A stretch of 64,000 nucleotides of DNA from Octopus sinensis (taxonomy: Eukaryota): the NCBI RefSeq assembly GCF_006345805.1, contig NC_043003.1:68324001-68388000 (forward strand), in the 5' to 3' direction. Below are positions 1 through 13,863 of the stretch, piece after piece. Each line of letters opens with the position of its first letter. Positions within the stretch are counted from its first letter, which is position 1. The notes under the pieces were generated by a model. It did not search any database. It saw nothing but the letters and a program-made list of their open reading frames with translations, and had not been told where the DNA came from. A program made the position numbers and the translations under genes.

Positions 1-1005
1 TTGGTAAGTAAGCTGCTAACTACACCGATACACCTCTGTATGTATGTATGTATATATATATATATATATATATATACACAACCCACCAAACACACGCACA
101 CACACACACATATATATATACATACGAAGGGAGAAAGATGAAGACTTATTTTCACATTAATATGCATCTGCACATATGCGCGCGCATGTGTCTATTTAAT
201 GTACCCCAGTTTAAATCTTCCATAATGTATATACTTTAAGTCTATATCCTAATTTTCATAAATTATTCAGAAGATCATTTTTTAAAAATACATTGATAGA
301 TATTTAGTTTTGATATTGTACAACGCTATGCTTTCGGTCTAAATTATTAATACAATGTTCTGGATTTGAAATACTCCAACATTCCGAGAATTTGTTTAAT
401 ACTACTTTGATAATTACTAACAGATATGTATGCAAATTAGCTCTGAGCGTACTTAGAAAAACACAATCGATTCACTAATGAAAAGACAAGGTGCTGCAGC
501 CCCTGCAGAGGCCGAAAAGACTGACAAATTATCCACATGATGTTAGAACATATTGCAAGAGAATACAAAATGTTATATCAATGGGGCGGTAAAATGTATA
601 AAATTGCTTCAAATGACTGCTGATACGAAGAGTATAAAGAGTTTCAAAATTACGGCACTGACATGATTAAGCATGGAAAGAAACCTATTTGGGAAAGTCA
701 ATCGCTGATAGCCATTATCTTTACAGCTTGTTATTGCCCTTATACTATTATTCATAAAATTACTATATTCGGAGATATTGTGCTGTTCAAGGGTGACCTA
801 TGGTAGATTCGTAGATTTCGTGGACAGATGGATAAAATTGTTGTTACAGTGTGTTTAGGAAATGCATCAGATAGAATTTTCTACTTTATGGTGTTGCTGT
901 TGAAATTTCGTCGACTCCACCTTCCACTTTGTTGTCGTCGTATATATTTCAGCGTCGCTGCTGCCACTGAGCTTTTTTTTTTGTCATTGGTATTCTTGCT
1001 ATTGC

Positions 1006-1039
1006 CGTTGTTGTTGTTGTTTTTGTTGTTGTTATTGTT

Positions 1040-1083
<44 letters not shown>

Positions 1084-1098
1084 GATGTTGATGTTGTT
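1006..1098. repeat. (GTT)n microsatellite
   Basis: Direct reading; explains the poly-L/C/N ORFs at 828-1252. Confidence 0.95.
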
Positions 1099-1797
1099 CT
1101 TGGTATTCGTGTTGTCTTTTTTAATATCGTTGCAGCTCTTACTGTTATTGTTACTGTCGCAACGAATCGCCGACTCACCAACATTGCTACAACTCGATGT
1201 GCGTTGCACATATCCCGTCAAATACGTACCCCACTATTCTCTTAGGTTATAAACAAGATAAATATCCCAAAACATACATTCCTCAATAATATATTCCATG
1301 CTCATCTTACAACTCCACAACTGTCAAGCTCTAAGAAGAAGTGAAGTTTGATTTCACTTGTCTCTAGTTTTCCAATACATATAACATAACTGAATATTCG
1401 AAACTTTGTAAAATGACAATAAAAAGCAGTGGATAGAGATTCTGCAACTCAACGCACACATCTAGAGATGACATCCTCTTAATATGACTGTCTTTAAAGA
1501 ACTATATTTAGAAGATCTGAAATATGTAATATTATTGTTCATTCATAGGTGACAGTTTCCATAACAACTTTGTTAATCGTTGTGATCGAATTTTACACAT
1601 GACTAGTAAATAAACACAAGAAGACTATCGGCGATCATACTTATTTGAGAGTAGAGTAACTATAATTTTTATAACAAAAATGTTACAACTTTTGAGACGA
1701 GGCTAATAATCGGGAGATTTTTAACAGAGTTTACAGTGTTTTACATAATCCTGCACACAAATACGTCTGTGTACGCGCACGTATACACACACATACT

Positions 1798-1866
<69 letters not shown>

Positions 1867-2778
1867 TTTCGTATTTTCATATGGAAATATACAACGAAAA
1901 TTGCAGTAACCGCAGCGGAGAGATTTCAAAACCAAAGGTGACTAAACAATGGATTTGAAAAGCTCAAAATTCTGTAAAAGGAAACAATGGATAGCAGTAA
2001 ATAAATGAAGTGGCAGTAGAGTTTATGGATACAAAATCAATTTAGTAAACAAATCAAAACCTTTTGCTACTTTGCTTTGTAGTCATTCTACAGAGTATGA
2101 ACAACTAAATCGATCGTTTAATAATATCGACCAAGGGCAAAAACGTCATTGGTAATCGTTTGTATTCCAATTAACTTTATATATTTTTTTCATTAAATAT
2201 CTTCAGTGAAACACCGAAACACTGCTCATTAGAGGCTTTTTTTATTTTCATTTTTTTTTTGTATTTTGCTTTACTCCAAAGTCTATTGTTTCATACTTTT
2301 GAACTTTGGTGCTCCCTAACTTCATATTAAGTATATGCTGCTTCCGAAATTTAATTATGAAATTGTATGAGCAACTCTGTAACTCATCATAAAAATATAT
2401 TTTATGTAAAAGCAAACAATAAACTAATTTGGTTTATTGGAATTATATACTCATATTAGGATGTTGCATGTCTATAAAGTTTCAAATTAATTCTCTTTAT
2501 AAAAATATGCGAATAACAGTAGAAGTATTTCTGATTCTCTCCGAGAAACAATACGTTACTGTTAAGCATCTTAACTGAATCCTTTTTTGTCTTTTATATT
2601 CCATTTTCTTTCGTCTGAAACATATCAATGATACAATAAAATATCTCCCTTCTGAAGAAATATAACTTTAATGCCCCGTAAACAAAGAAATAATGGTTAA
2701 TTTAATACATGATTGCAGTATGTTAAAAATAATGCGTATTGGTTGAGATTCACATTTGAAGGCTTATGTGATTTGCCA

Positions 2779-3580
2779 TAGGCGCAGATTTAGCTCTCTG
2801 GATAAGAGGTTCAATTCGGGGTGACATCGTTTCGTGTTCAGTCCCACTTCGCGGCACCTAGAGTACTTTCTATTATAGGCAGGAGGCAATCAATGATTGT
2901 GAGGGAATTTGGGATACGGAAAATGTGTGGAAGCCCGTCATGTGTGTGTGTGTGTTTATGTTTGGCCCTACAATTCTTATTTCTTTATTGCTCACAAGGG
3001 GCTAAACATAGTGGGGACAAACAAGGACAAACAAAGGTATTAAGTCGATTACATCGACCCCAGTGCGTAATTGGTATTTAATTTATCGACAACGAAAGGA
3101 TGAAAGGCAAAGTCGACCTCGGCGGAATTTGAACTCACATCGTAACGGCAGACGAAATACCTATTTTTTTACTACCCACAAGGGGTTAAACACAAAGATG
3201 ACAAACAAGGGCAGTCAAACAGATTAAGTCGATTATATCGACCCCAGTGCGTAACTGGTACTTATTTAATCGACCCCGAAAGGATGAAAGGCAAAGTCGA
3301 CCTCGGTGGAATTTGAACTCAGAACTTAGCGGCAGACGAAATACTGCTAAGCATTTCGCCAGCTCGCCGCCCTACCTTTCTGCTCGACAAAAGAGGTTCT
3401 TAGCTTTATGTCAGCGTGAGATAGTAGCACGTCAAAATTAACTGATAGAATAAGTATCTGAGTTAAAACTAAAACCAATAAATAATTACTGGGGTGGATT
3501 CGCTCAACTAAAACCATTCAAAGTCGGTAGCCCTGCATGGCTGCAGTCAAATGACTGACGCGAGGAAAACGTAACAGATA
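2779..3580 (+). mobile_element. Decayed SINE family A copy interrupted by a family B SINE
   Basis: Head TAGGCGCAG...GTTCAGTCCCAC...GAAGCCCGTC at 2779-2940 and tail GATAGAATAAGT...GCATGGCTGCAGTCAAATGACTG at 3445-3557 match the copies at 25784 and 34443. Confidence 0.75.
2973..3370 (-). mobile_element. SINE family B (internally dimeric, Meta-domain-like core)
   Basis: Reverse complement starts GGCGGCGAGCTGG and has two copies of GTTCAAATTCC.CCGAGGTCGACTTTGCCTTTCATCCTTTCG; same family as 29597 and 44335. Confidence 0.9.
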
Positions 3581-4289
3581 ATTATGTTTCAGTAAAAACC
3601 CTGTATCGCCCATGAATACGTGACCGTGTCCCTAGCTACGATGTCAATATCGCCTTAGTATATCTTTATTTGATTTGAAAGTTTCACAGTAACACTATAC
3701 TGGATCAACATAGTAGAATAATCAGATTTCTGTTCGCAATCACAGGTTTTCAGCTTCTTTATTGATTTCTTAGCCAAGAAAAAGAAAATAATAAAGAAAT
3801 CAATGACATTTGAAACACTAAATTAAGCATCTATTTTCAGATGTGAACACTATCGACTTTCGTTAAAGACTTTCACTAAGCCAGTCACCGCTTCACTGCA
3901 TTTCTGATGGCCAGTGAGATAAGGGAGTGCCACTAGTTTTTATGGTGTATTAAGGAGATTTATCCACTTTGCCATATACATTAACAAAACGATCATGTGT
4001 GTCTGTGTATTTTCTAATTGGATCCTATCTTAGAGGTGCTTGCGATATCTACCCACACCATTCTCCCAAGGATAGTGGGCATATATGCGCGCGCGCGTAT
4101 GTGTGTGAATGCGTTGTGTGTGTGTGAATGTATTTTGTGTGTTTTTGTATGTAAGTGTGTGTGTTTCTGTATGTGTGTGTGTCTTCTTTGTTGATGACGT
4201 TGCAACCAGATTTCGCCACTTCTTTCGTTCATCTGCTTTCTTCTGTGTGTCAGTAACCTGGGCGATCCTAGATACTGTATGGTTTCTGA

Positions 4290-4620
4290 TCTGGTTGTCA
4301 TCATCATGAATGTAGCATGGGCAGATTAGTTTGGCAGTGCCGATTACTCTCCAAGTTGTTAACCACAACCGTAAGTCTCTACAGGAGACACGTCTCGGCT
4401 CTAAGCATTCGGCCGTTGACTTGAGGATGTTCCCCTGCCTTAATCCATAACTTCTTGGCAAGCATTTCCCGGAGTGTTTCGCCTAATGGTGCAGGATCAC
4501 CATCATCCCCCACATGGTTTAGTCCAACAGCTGAAGTGAGGTGCCAGAGTGCGATGCTTGGAACCGTGACGTGGTGAGAGATTAGAAGGGGAATGAGAAC
4601 CACTAATACCCGTGCCCCTT
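4290..4620 (-). mobile_element. Possible 3' end of an RLE-type non-LTR retrotransposon
   Basis: VLIPLLIS..TVP...APLGETLREML loosely resembles the VIPIIIG..GT.P...ALLGT..ILR.VL C-terminus of R4-like elements; a short (GAT)n-like tail follows. Confidence 0.3.
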
Positions 4621-5867
4621 ATCATCTCTAGTAATGTGCAGCTGTTCGACACCAAAGGTATTATATCTCTATTCAAAGCTCTCGATTCTTGAACCAGTCG
4701 TTAACTTTTGCCAATAAATAGAAATATTTGAGTTCTTGAGTACGATTTTTCTGCTAGTATCACCACACACACATACACACACACACAAACTTACACGCAA
4801 ACACACACACACGCGTATGTATATATACAATTGTGTATATATTATGTATGTGTGTTTGTGTGTGTGTCCCAAAAAGTGATTAACGAGAACGTACCAAGAC
4901 ACATGTAGATTGTATGCGATTCTATGGATTCTAATCTCATAATTACTCGTGCGTTCAGATCTGTGTTACGCATGAATCCACATAAATGAAATTTCTCTTC
5001 CCAAAAATGTTATACGTGGGACCGCTCACTGTCCGGTCAAAACTCATAAAGTATATGTAATGCTTATATTAAACCTGTTCAAAGAAATCAGTGATTTACG
5101 TAAACACCGCATTACTACTCTTCAATTAAAGTACAAACCAAGCGTATGAATTAACACAAAAATTACTTAGCACAACACAAGTTAACCCAGAAGAAAATTA
5201 TTATTATCCAACTTGCTTTCATAACGAATTGTATCATTATATACATTCAGATTCGGTTTTATGGACACCATCCATAATTTATACAGATTTAATTCGATAG
5301 ACAGAAAACGACATTTCTGACCTTTTTATAACCAATTATTTCCAACAACTAACGCTGAATAGGTTTATAGCTCTGCATACGTTCTCTCGATTACCAACGG
5401 ACACAATTTTGCCAGATATAGACAGAAACACGCGCATAAACTCACAGAGATAGACAAATACGTACATAAATATACATACACACATACACATGTATCCATA
5501 GACTGTATTCTATATATATTCAAGTCATTTTTTAATATTTAAACTAAATTACTATGCCATGCGTTTATGTAAAAGACTGTATAATTCACATAGTACTGTT
5601 ATCTCAGACGCTATCGTGAATTGTAACAAGTCGCAAGTAGAAAAATATTAAATTCTGTATTTTATACGAAATAAATCTTTTCTATGTAACAGCATTGTGT
5701 ATTTCTTTCCTGTAATACGCAGAATGTCTGATATTTTCTCTGTTCATGACACATACTTTATACTCTCTTTTGATACTTTCATACAATATTTGAAATTTCT
5801 CACTTTTATTGTTAAATAAATGACGCCTTTTAGAGCTATTCAGAACTGTTTTGAAATGCCTCAACCA

Positions 5868-6225
5868 TAAGCGCAGGCGCGGCTGTATAGTAAGATGTTT
5901 GCTTCCGAACCACGTCGTTCCAGGTTCAGTCCCACTGCGTAATACATGGGACAAATGTCTTCTGTTATAGCCTAGAGACGTTTAAAGCCTTGCGAGTAGA
6001 TTTGGTAGGTGTGTGTGTCTTTGTATTTGGTCCCCACTACAATGCTTAACAAATGGTGTTGGATTTTTTGCGGCCCCGTAACTGAGCGGTACGCCAAAAG
6101 ATAACTATAGAATTAGTGCTGGGCTCCAAAAGAGGATAAGTATTGTGTTCGATTCGTTCCATTAAGAATTCTTCGTGGTAGTGCTCCAGTATGGCCGCAG
6201 TTTAATAACTGAAAGATAAAAGATG
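5868..6225 (+). mobile_element. SINE family A, decayed
   Basis: GCGCAGG..GGCTG, GGTTCAGTCCCACTGCGT, CCCCGTAAC, CCAGTATGGCCGCAGT and AAAGAT tail. Confidence 0.85.
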
Positions 6226-6497
6226 ACAACATCGCGCACAAGAAGCTACAGACTCAAGAAAAAAAGTGGAAATTCTGATGTTCTCTATTAAAAGTCAAAG
6301 CTTAACTTTACAAAATTTACACATAGCCTATCAGTTCCGGGAGACAGAATGCAACAACCTTCTGCAGCCAATTTATACCGTTCGATTATGTCCTCATAAC
6401 TTATAGGTGATCGCGGTTACGGTTGACTTATTACCGAACCTATTTTCATAGCAAATCTTGAATCCAGAACTTCTGCTTAGAATTCAAGAACTAACGA

Positions 6498-6900
6498 TAT
6501 AGGGGCAGGTGTAGCTGTTTAATAAGACGCTTGCTTCCAAACAACATGGTTCTGGGTTCAATCCCATTCGTGGTATCTCGGGTCAGTATCTTCAAATACT
6601 GCCTTGGGCTGACCAGGGGACTGTAAGTGGATTTTGCAGTCGGAAACTGAAAGAAACCCGCCGTGTATGATTGTGTTTGTAAGTGTGTGCTTGTGTTTGT
6701 CTCTGCAACACAATTTGACAGCCGGTATTGTTTGGCTCACGTCCCCGTAACCTAACGGTTTACAAAAAGGGAACGATAAAATAAATACCTGGCTTTCAAA
6801 AAAAGTACTGGGATCGATTCGTTCGACTAAAGATTGCTCAAGGCGGTGACACAGCATGGCCGCGTTCGAATGACTTAACGAGTAAAAGCTAAAAGATATA
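6498..6900 (+). mobile_element. SINE family A, decayed
   Basis: GGTTCAATCCCA, GGAAACTGAAAGAAACCCG, CGTCCCCGTAAC, CAGCATGGCCGC. Confidence 0.85.
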
Positions 6901-7411
6901 TGCTGGCATGCTTTTCATTGGCCATTCATTTTTCCGTGAAAACTCAGATATATCTCACAGGGAAAGACAGAATGCGGTATAAACTAGAAGAATTCCTGAG
7001 TGATTGATAATGAGTTTCCAAGTCAAATATGAGTAGAAATTCGCCTTATTTCTTAATACCGCCATTGAAACATGATTACTGAGTATATGAAACCATTCTA
7101 ATACATCAACGAGTGCCAACTTGACCAGAATAGACTAGGAATTTTTGTGATATATCATCAATTGATTACATGTCTTTCATTCAAGCGAAGCAATTATTCC
7201 CCGATTTCAACGCAATGACATTGAGAAATACTGCACTGTAAACTTGATATTTTATTACGTGAAAGGGAAGTGCGAAACGATTGTTTGAAGCAAGGTCATT
7301 CGCATGAGTCAACATTGCATTTTGTCAAGTCCATGCCATGATTTCATCTTTCCTTAGTATATCGACCTATCTCTCATCAATTTCTTACACACACACACAA
7401 ACGTATATACA

Positions 7412-7459
<48 letters not shown>

Positions 7460-7533
7460 ATATATATATATTGTTGTGCAAGATTTTATTGGCTAAGCTG
7501 GCAAAATGACCATTCCGAAGTACAATATATATA

Positions 7534-7577
<44 letters not shown>

Positions 7578-7864
7578 TTATTCTTTTATTTGTTTCACTC
7601 ATTTAACTGCGGCCATGGTGGGGCATCACCTTTTCGTCGACCAAATCGACCCCAGGATTTATTCTTTATAAGCCTAGTACTTATTATATAGATCTCTTTT
7701 GCCGAACCGCTAGGCTATGGCGACGTAAACACACCAGCATCAATTGTCAAATGATGGTCTGAGAACGAACATAGACACAGAAACATACACACACATACAT
7801 ACATGCACATATTATAAATATATATATATATATGTGTGTATATACACGCACACACACACACACA

Positions 7865-7904
<40 letters not shown>

Positions 7905-8049
7905 ATGATCCACTTCTTTCAGTTTCTGTCTACCACATACACTAATAAGGTTGTGGTCGTGCCAAGGCCATAGTAGAAGACACTTGCCCAAGGTGCCATT
8001 CAGTGGGACTGAAGGCAGGCGCATGTGATTGGTTAGCAAGCTACTTACA

Positions 8050-8050
<1 letters not shown>
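7578..8050 (-). mobile_element. SINE family A with internal (TA)n(CA)n
   Basis: Reverse complement of the family A head and tail motifs. Confidence 0.9.
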
Positions 8051-8106
<56 letters not shown>

Positions 8107-8108
<2 letters not shown>

Positions 8109-8283
8109 AGAGAAAGCACATAAATCCGAAACAAGGTGGAAAATAGTACTTGAATATCAGAGGTAGAGAAATATGCTTTATTAAAAAGTAGCAAAAATAT
8201 CTAAAACAAAACTGTCCGACGAACGGGAACGTAAAACTCTGAGTAACAGTTTTTGTGATATTTTTGCCGCTTTTTAATAAAGT
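8107..8283 (+). mobile_element. Partial palindromic PLE-related element with degenerate hammerhead motif
   Basis: Inverted arms CTTTATTAAAAAG..AAAAATATC / GATATTTTTG..CTTTTTAATAAAG; ACTGT-CCGACGA-ACGGGAACGT-AAAAC-TCTGAGTA-ACAGT at 8211-8250; same family as 36052-36343. Confidence 0.6.
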
Positions 8284-8347
8284 GTATATCGATAGATAGA
8301 TAGAGAGAGAGAGAGAGAGTGAGAGAGAGAGACAGACACACACACAT

Positions 8348-9142
8348 ACACTGTGCGATGGGTAAAATGTTATCATACTATATTATTAATTTCGTGCATG
8401 CACATTATTTTGGGTTTTGTTGACTACACACTACACTAGGGTTATTTGGGCACCGTATGTGGGGAAAACACCATTTTCAATCTGCCAGAAATTTGGGGAC
8501 GACATGCTGTACTGCTTGGCATTCACGCCGGAAGCTCCAATACGATAATTTCTGAGTATTTGGGTGTCAATCTGAAGACAGTGCAATATGAGGTCATGTA
8601 CCGACAGTGATAAAAATCCAGTCAACTTCATAGTGTTCGGAGTGATCACTAGTGATGGCGACAGTATCCCTCAATTCATCTTCCCATATGTCCTCACACA
8701 CGATATGGAGGCGTACATCATGCTCCTGGAGGAAGTAGTCCTGCCCTGCATCAAGAGCGTAGCTGTTAGAAGACCCTATGTCTGGGAACAGGACTCTGTA
8801 CCATGCCATACAAGCAAAATAACCCAGTCATGGCTGTCAAACAATTTCTGCGACAATATCACCCCTAACGAAGCTCCTTGTAATACTAAAGATGAACAGA
8901 AGAACAGGATTATGGCAGCATTCACCAAATTATAATGAAATAAGGAGAGCGTCGAGAGTTGCAGGGGTTTCTGAAGTCGTTTTGAGGCCGTTGTTGCAGC
9001 TGATGGCGATTTTATTGGATAAATTTACTCTTTAGCATTTCAAGATATTTTTATGTAATTTTGGCTAATATATCTGTTAAAATGAGATATTGTTATTTTC
9101 CTCTTTGCGTAATTTAGAGGATAGTTTTTCCGTGCCGCAGTA
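8348..9142 (+). mobile_element. Decayed Tc1/mariner superfamily transposon, DD37D (maT)-like, internally deleted
   Basis: ORF 8588-8935 IVFGVITSDGD..PQFIFP...EAYI..LEEVVLP...RPYVWEQDSVPCHTS..TQSWLS.NF is typical of maT-type catalytic domains; the SPD/third-Asp block is deleted. Confidence 0.8.
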
Positions 9143-10065
9143 CTTGAATTCAGTTGGCGAAGAAGCTTTTATCCTGCTGGTCAAAAAATCATCACATGAA
9201 ATATGACGTCATCATCACCTAGATACTGCTTCCCAACAAAGTGTTTATTTTTTAATGCTGGGGAAAAGATGATAATTACAGTTCAAAGCTATAGTTACAG
9301 TTCAAAGCTACAGTTCCCATTGAATCCAAGGACGTGTATGTTGGAGCAGAACCGTGATAAAACAAAACCTTTTTCGTAAGTTTCCTTGAATATTTACTCT
9401 TGATAGCCTTTCGTCTAGATTGCCTCAGCAAGTTGAACAAGTACACACCATTGATGGTTGGTCCTTTTGAATATGATCAATAAACACAATGCCTTTTGCA
9501 TCCTAAAAAAAACTAAGTCCATTACCTTCTTTGGGCCAGGTGAGGAGGGAGAGTTCCCACTGCAGGAACTGGAACCCGGCCGTCATAACACTCAGAGAAA
9601 CCAGCTGGATCTGCTTCAAGCAATGTCAGACTTTCTTCTGATGTGATCAGTATGGTGTTCTTTTGACTAGTGTCAGAAGACGTGGCACCCAACAAGTAGA
9701 AAACTTTTGCCATGCCAAGACTATGGTGAAGAATATTCCAAATCTTCTCACGGGATATGCTGATAGCATTGACTATTTGCTTTATAGTCAGTCGCCTCTC
9801 AACCAACACAATGTGCACAACACGACCAATGTCTTCCTCAGTGGTGGCAGTTGCAGGACGTCCAACCATTGCGTTATCTTCGAGGCTCTCCATTTGCCTT
9901 CTGAAATGTGCTACCCACATTTGCACCCTTGATGAAGATAAAGAGTCATCCGTTAATAAAGCAAGCATGTGAGGAAGAATATGCCATATTTTGTCCATTT
10001 TCAATGCAGTTATTAATAAAAGGGTTGAATCACTCCTTAATAGTCCACTTATAAACTCTTCAGTA
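9143..10065 (-). mobile_element. Decayed mariner transposon
   Basis: ORF 9522-10004: VQMWVAHFRRQMESLED..GRPATATTEE...RRLTIKQI..AISIS.E.I.NILH..LGM.KV, the mariner paired HTH region; frameshifted further on. Confidence 0.85.
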
Positions 10066-10556
10066 TATATATAAACATATCTATGTATGTATCTAACAAT
10101 TCAGAAGATTTTATTCGCTTTTATTTTATTCCAGATAATTTAACACTATTCTTTAGAAATTTATACCGTATTTTAGGGTTAACTTGTAATGATATATAGA
10201 ATATATTTGAAACATTCATTACTTTTGCAACAAAACTGGTTATGTCAGCACAGGTGCTAACTAGATAAATATTGTATGCGATATTTTCTAAGGCATAAAT
10301 CTATTAACGACGGTCATTATACAATATTTATTGTATAACCACGAATATCTTAAATTTCTACAATGCTATAAATTTGCATTTCATGCAGAGATGCGAGCAA
10401 ATTGACGACTCATAGTACACTAAATGATTGAATTACAGCAATTATCGTTTAATTTAAACAGATGCATGTACATCAAAACAAATTACGGATTGTTTCATAT
10501 AATATGTCTCAATTTTATTCTTTGTACTCAAACGAAATATTTTTCTCAGCGTCACA

Positions 10557-10889
10557 TCTTTATATATAAAAGTAAGGTTGTGTGTCTGTCTACTCCGATT
10601 TAGATTCCTTCCCACATTTTGCAGTGCAGTTTAACCAAAACCGGGTATCTTATAGTCGTGATTCATATTGAGCCCTTCTGGGTATTAGCGCGCGTCTACG
10701 ATGAGTCTACGATTTTTAAAATAATTTAACATCATTTTTTTCCATTTTAATGCATATTTTTTAAAAAAAATTACCATCATATTTTTTCCATTTTAATGCA
10801 TTTTTTGCTATTTTTTGGCTATAACCCTCTAAAAATGCTTTATAGTTATTTCCCTTACAAATCCGAGCAACGCCGGGCGATACTGCTAG
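10557..10889 (+). mobile_element. Non-autonomous Helitron
   Basis: Starts A|TCTTTATATATAAAAG, ends with subterminal GC hairpin CCGAGCAACGCCGGG then CTAG|T; A-T insertion site, no TSD. Confidence 0.85.
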
Positions 10890-11069
10890 TTGTTGGATAA
10901 AATAGAAAATTAAACTTTCTATAAAATAGAAAAATAACCACAATCTTTTGTTTTATTTGATTGTCATGTCCTCTATTTATGTCAATGCTTACTTTCAATT
11001 AATGATTTTTAACAAATTAACATATTAACATTGTTTACAAATTCTTGCCAACGTTCCACTAATTGGTTA

Positions 11070-11660
11070 ATTAAGGACTTGACGTTAGAAATCACTGAGC
11101 TACGAATTGAAGAATTCATCGAGCCCCACGTCGTTGTTTGATAAAGCACTCATTGCCTGTTGCACAGCGACCGAAAATAGGCAATGATCTGAAGGCCATA
11201 TTAAGAGTATACGATGGGTGCGGTAGATCTTGCCAACCCACTCTTAAATATCACATTCGGTGAAATTAGTGATAATTGGGCGAGTGTTTTCTTGTTTAAG
11301 AATCATGCAATATCATTGTGCCAATTTTTTAACTACACCATTCGAGTAAAGTTGAGAGACCAGAGTATAATGAGAGCATCCCATTGCGCACGAACTGGCT
11401 GGAAGATTGGGTCAGACCTTTGTGGATTAACTCGTTCAATCGATTCTCACTGAACTAAAAAAGTCGCCGAGTAAGCTGTAAGTCTGCGAGATCGAATTTC
11501 TTCTTCTTAAAGCGTGAATTTGTTTTTCGGCATTTCTCTCAGTAATGACACCTTCTCCATGCACAACACAAATGTCACTAGCAGCTTTAGAACTCTGACT
11601 GAAATCGAAGACAAAGAAGTGTCGAAAAGGTTCATTTTTATTTTGCTTAGCACTCCATAG
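11070..11660 (-). mobile_element. Highly decayed mariner remnant
   Basis: Minus-strand reading gives FRHFFVFDFSQSSKAASDICVVHGEGVITER (mariner N-terminus), a frameshifted PSDHCLF-like block and GLDEFFNS (C-terminus). Confidence 0.65.
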
Positions 11661-12389
11661 TTATACGTCTGAAAAAAAACTTCTTCGGATTTCAAGAATG
11701 ATGAATAAAAGTTGTAGAGGAAGAGTTCAGTTGCCAAAAAAATCACAAAAACACTATGATAAAATATATGTACAAATAATTGAAATAGCATTAGAAATGG
11801 TTAAAATAAGTGGAAAACCAACGAATGAATTCATTTGAATTACCAGTTGGTTGATAAGTCTTGAAGAGTTAGGGACATTCACTGTCTGTCTCTCTTCTGA
11901 TTGTATTCATTTTTATGAATTTTTCATTTATTAATTAACGGTACGCCCACACACAACATTTCATTAACAGTAAGCTTACATATGTGTTTGTGTGTATATG
12001 TGTGCCTGTATGCATGTGTATGAGTGCATGTGTGTGTGTTTATATATGTTTTTGTTTTCATTTTTTCACTTGGCCTTCTATCGACTTCTTACGTCTAAAA
12101 GCAAGCAAAATTTATTTAAATTTCGGAAACGATAAACAATACGTGAAGAGCAAGAATTGACCAACAAAACAACCATTAAATATTACAATAAAAATATTTT
12201 TCATGTTACAATAAACTTGCCAGCCAGTGTTACCCGGTAAAGTATTCACAGAATTGTTAGTCAGTTTGTAGAATGGGAATTCCTGGCACTTATGGATGTA
12301 TTTATATTTAACCTAGTTTCTGGACGTACCTAATTGGAACTATCCAAACCATAGTAATCAATTTAGTATCTGAAGAAAAATGTGAGTAC

Positions 12390-12810
12390 AATCAACATCA
12401 CCAACATCTCTTCCACCACCACCACCACTATCCCCATCACGACTCCCACTACCACCACCATCATCACCTTCCGTCACCGCTCCCACCTCCTTCTTCGTCT
12501 CTTCTCTAGCACACATGCGATCGACTGTCTCAATAACCCAGACATGGTTTAAATCTTTCAAATAGTTATACTTAAAAATCACCTCCTCCTTCCTCTCCTC
12601 TTCTCTATCATCTGTCGTCACATCCTCCTCTTCCCCTTCCAATTTCGCGTTTATTTCATTATCTCTTACTACTGCTAGTGTTTCATATAGTGATTTCCCC
12701 CTCATCCTTTCTGGTTAATCTATCTCTTCCTCTTACCCAACCACCACTAATCTCACTCCCCCTCTCATTCACCCTCTCTCTTTACCTCACTCTTTCTCAC
12801 TCTCACTGTT
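12390..12810. repeat. Low-complexity (CCA)/(CCT)/CT-rich tract
   Basis: Direct reading; explains the E/G/D-rich ORF 12358-12705. Confidence 0.8.
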
Positions 12811-13863
12811 GATTTTTTTTTCTTAGAGAGTGATAAAAAGTGCGAAGACAATGTGTGTGTATATATCACAGATAGCGTACGTGTGTTTGTGTTGATTCAC
12901 ATTCCATGGCATTCACTATATGAGTGTGTATTCTGTATGTATGTATGTGTATTGACATCATGGAAGCCATGTTTTTTTTGTCAAGAAATAACAAACAAAA
13001 ATTATATTTAATCGTTTTCCTTGATAAATAGAATTCCAAATATCACAAAAATTAGCAGTCCCTAAATAAGTATAAAAATATATATGCAAAAAAAATTAAG
13101 TTAGCGCATACTATTTCTGAGATAGTTCGGGTACAAACAACCAACTATGATTTTAGTATTATTAGGATGGGTAAGAGGCGAACGAATTCATCTGACACAC
13201 CACAATAGAAGGTCGTATATTACAAATAGAATACAAGTTCTAAAATAGACTACACATTTTCCTAACACTGTTTGCCTTTAAACAGTATGAATTCTTGTTA
13301 CATGCGTATGAGAAATACCGGTTATGTAGATTATTACTTCTATGATTTCAAACGGAATTGCTTCTGTAATGGAATTATTGCCGAGCTTAACTTAAGTTTT
13401 ATATCTCCAGCTTCACTAATTAGGTATTAAACTAGGAATGAAGCCACTTACATACACAAAACATTTCTGTTGTGCTAGTCTACACCAAACTCAGAAAACA
13501 TTACATGAAATATAATTACTAACACTTCATTTTCATGATTAACAATTATCACAATGAAAACCATTTAGGTAAAACATGTGGCTTACTTTTCAATTTGAAA
13601 TAAATAATTTAAATGTATTTAATGTTGAAATTCAATAACAGGAATTATAAAAACAAAACGATAAAATCAAATTTTATACTTGCCCACTTAAGAACTTCCA
13701 TAACAACGAAATGAAATGTAATGACCGACCACGTTAATTTGTTTACAAAGCTGAAGGGGTTCCATCTAAATAAATAGAAGAAAGTGTTAGTAGACTTTTG
13801 AATGATTCTTATATAATGGCATATACCAACCTACACGCAAGCATACAGATACACAGGCGTATA

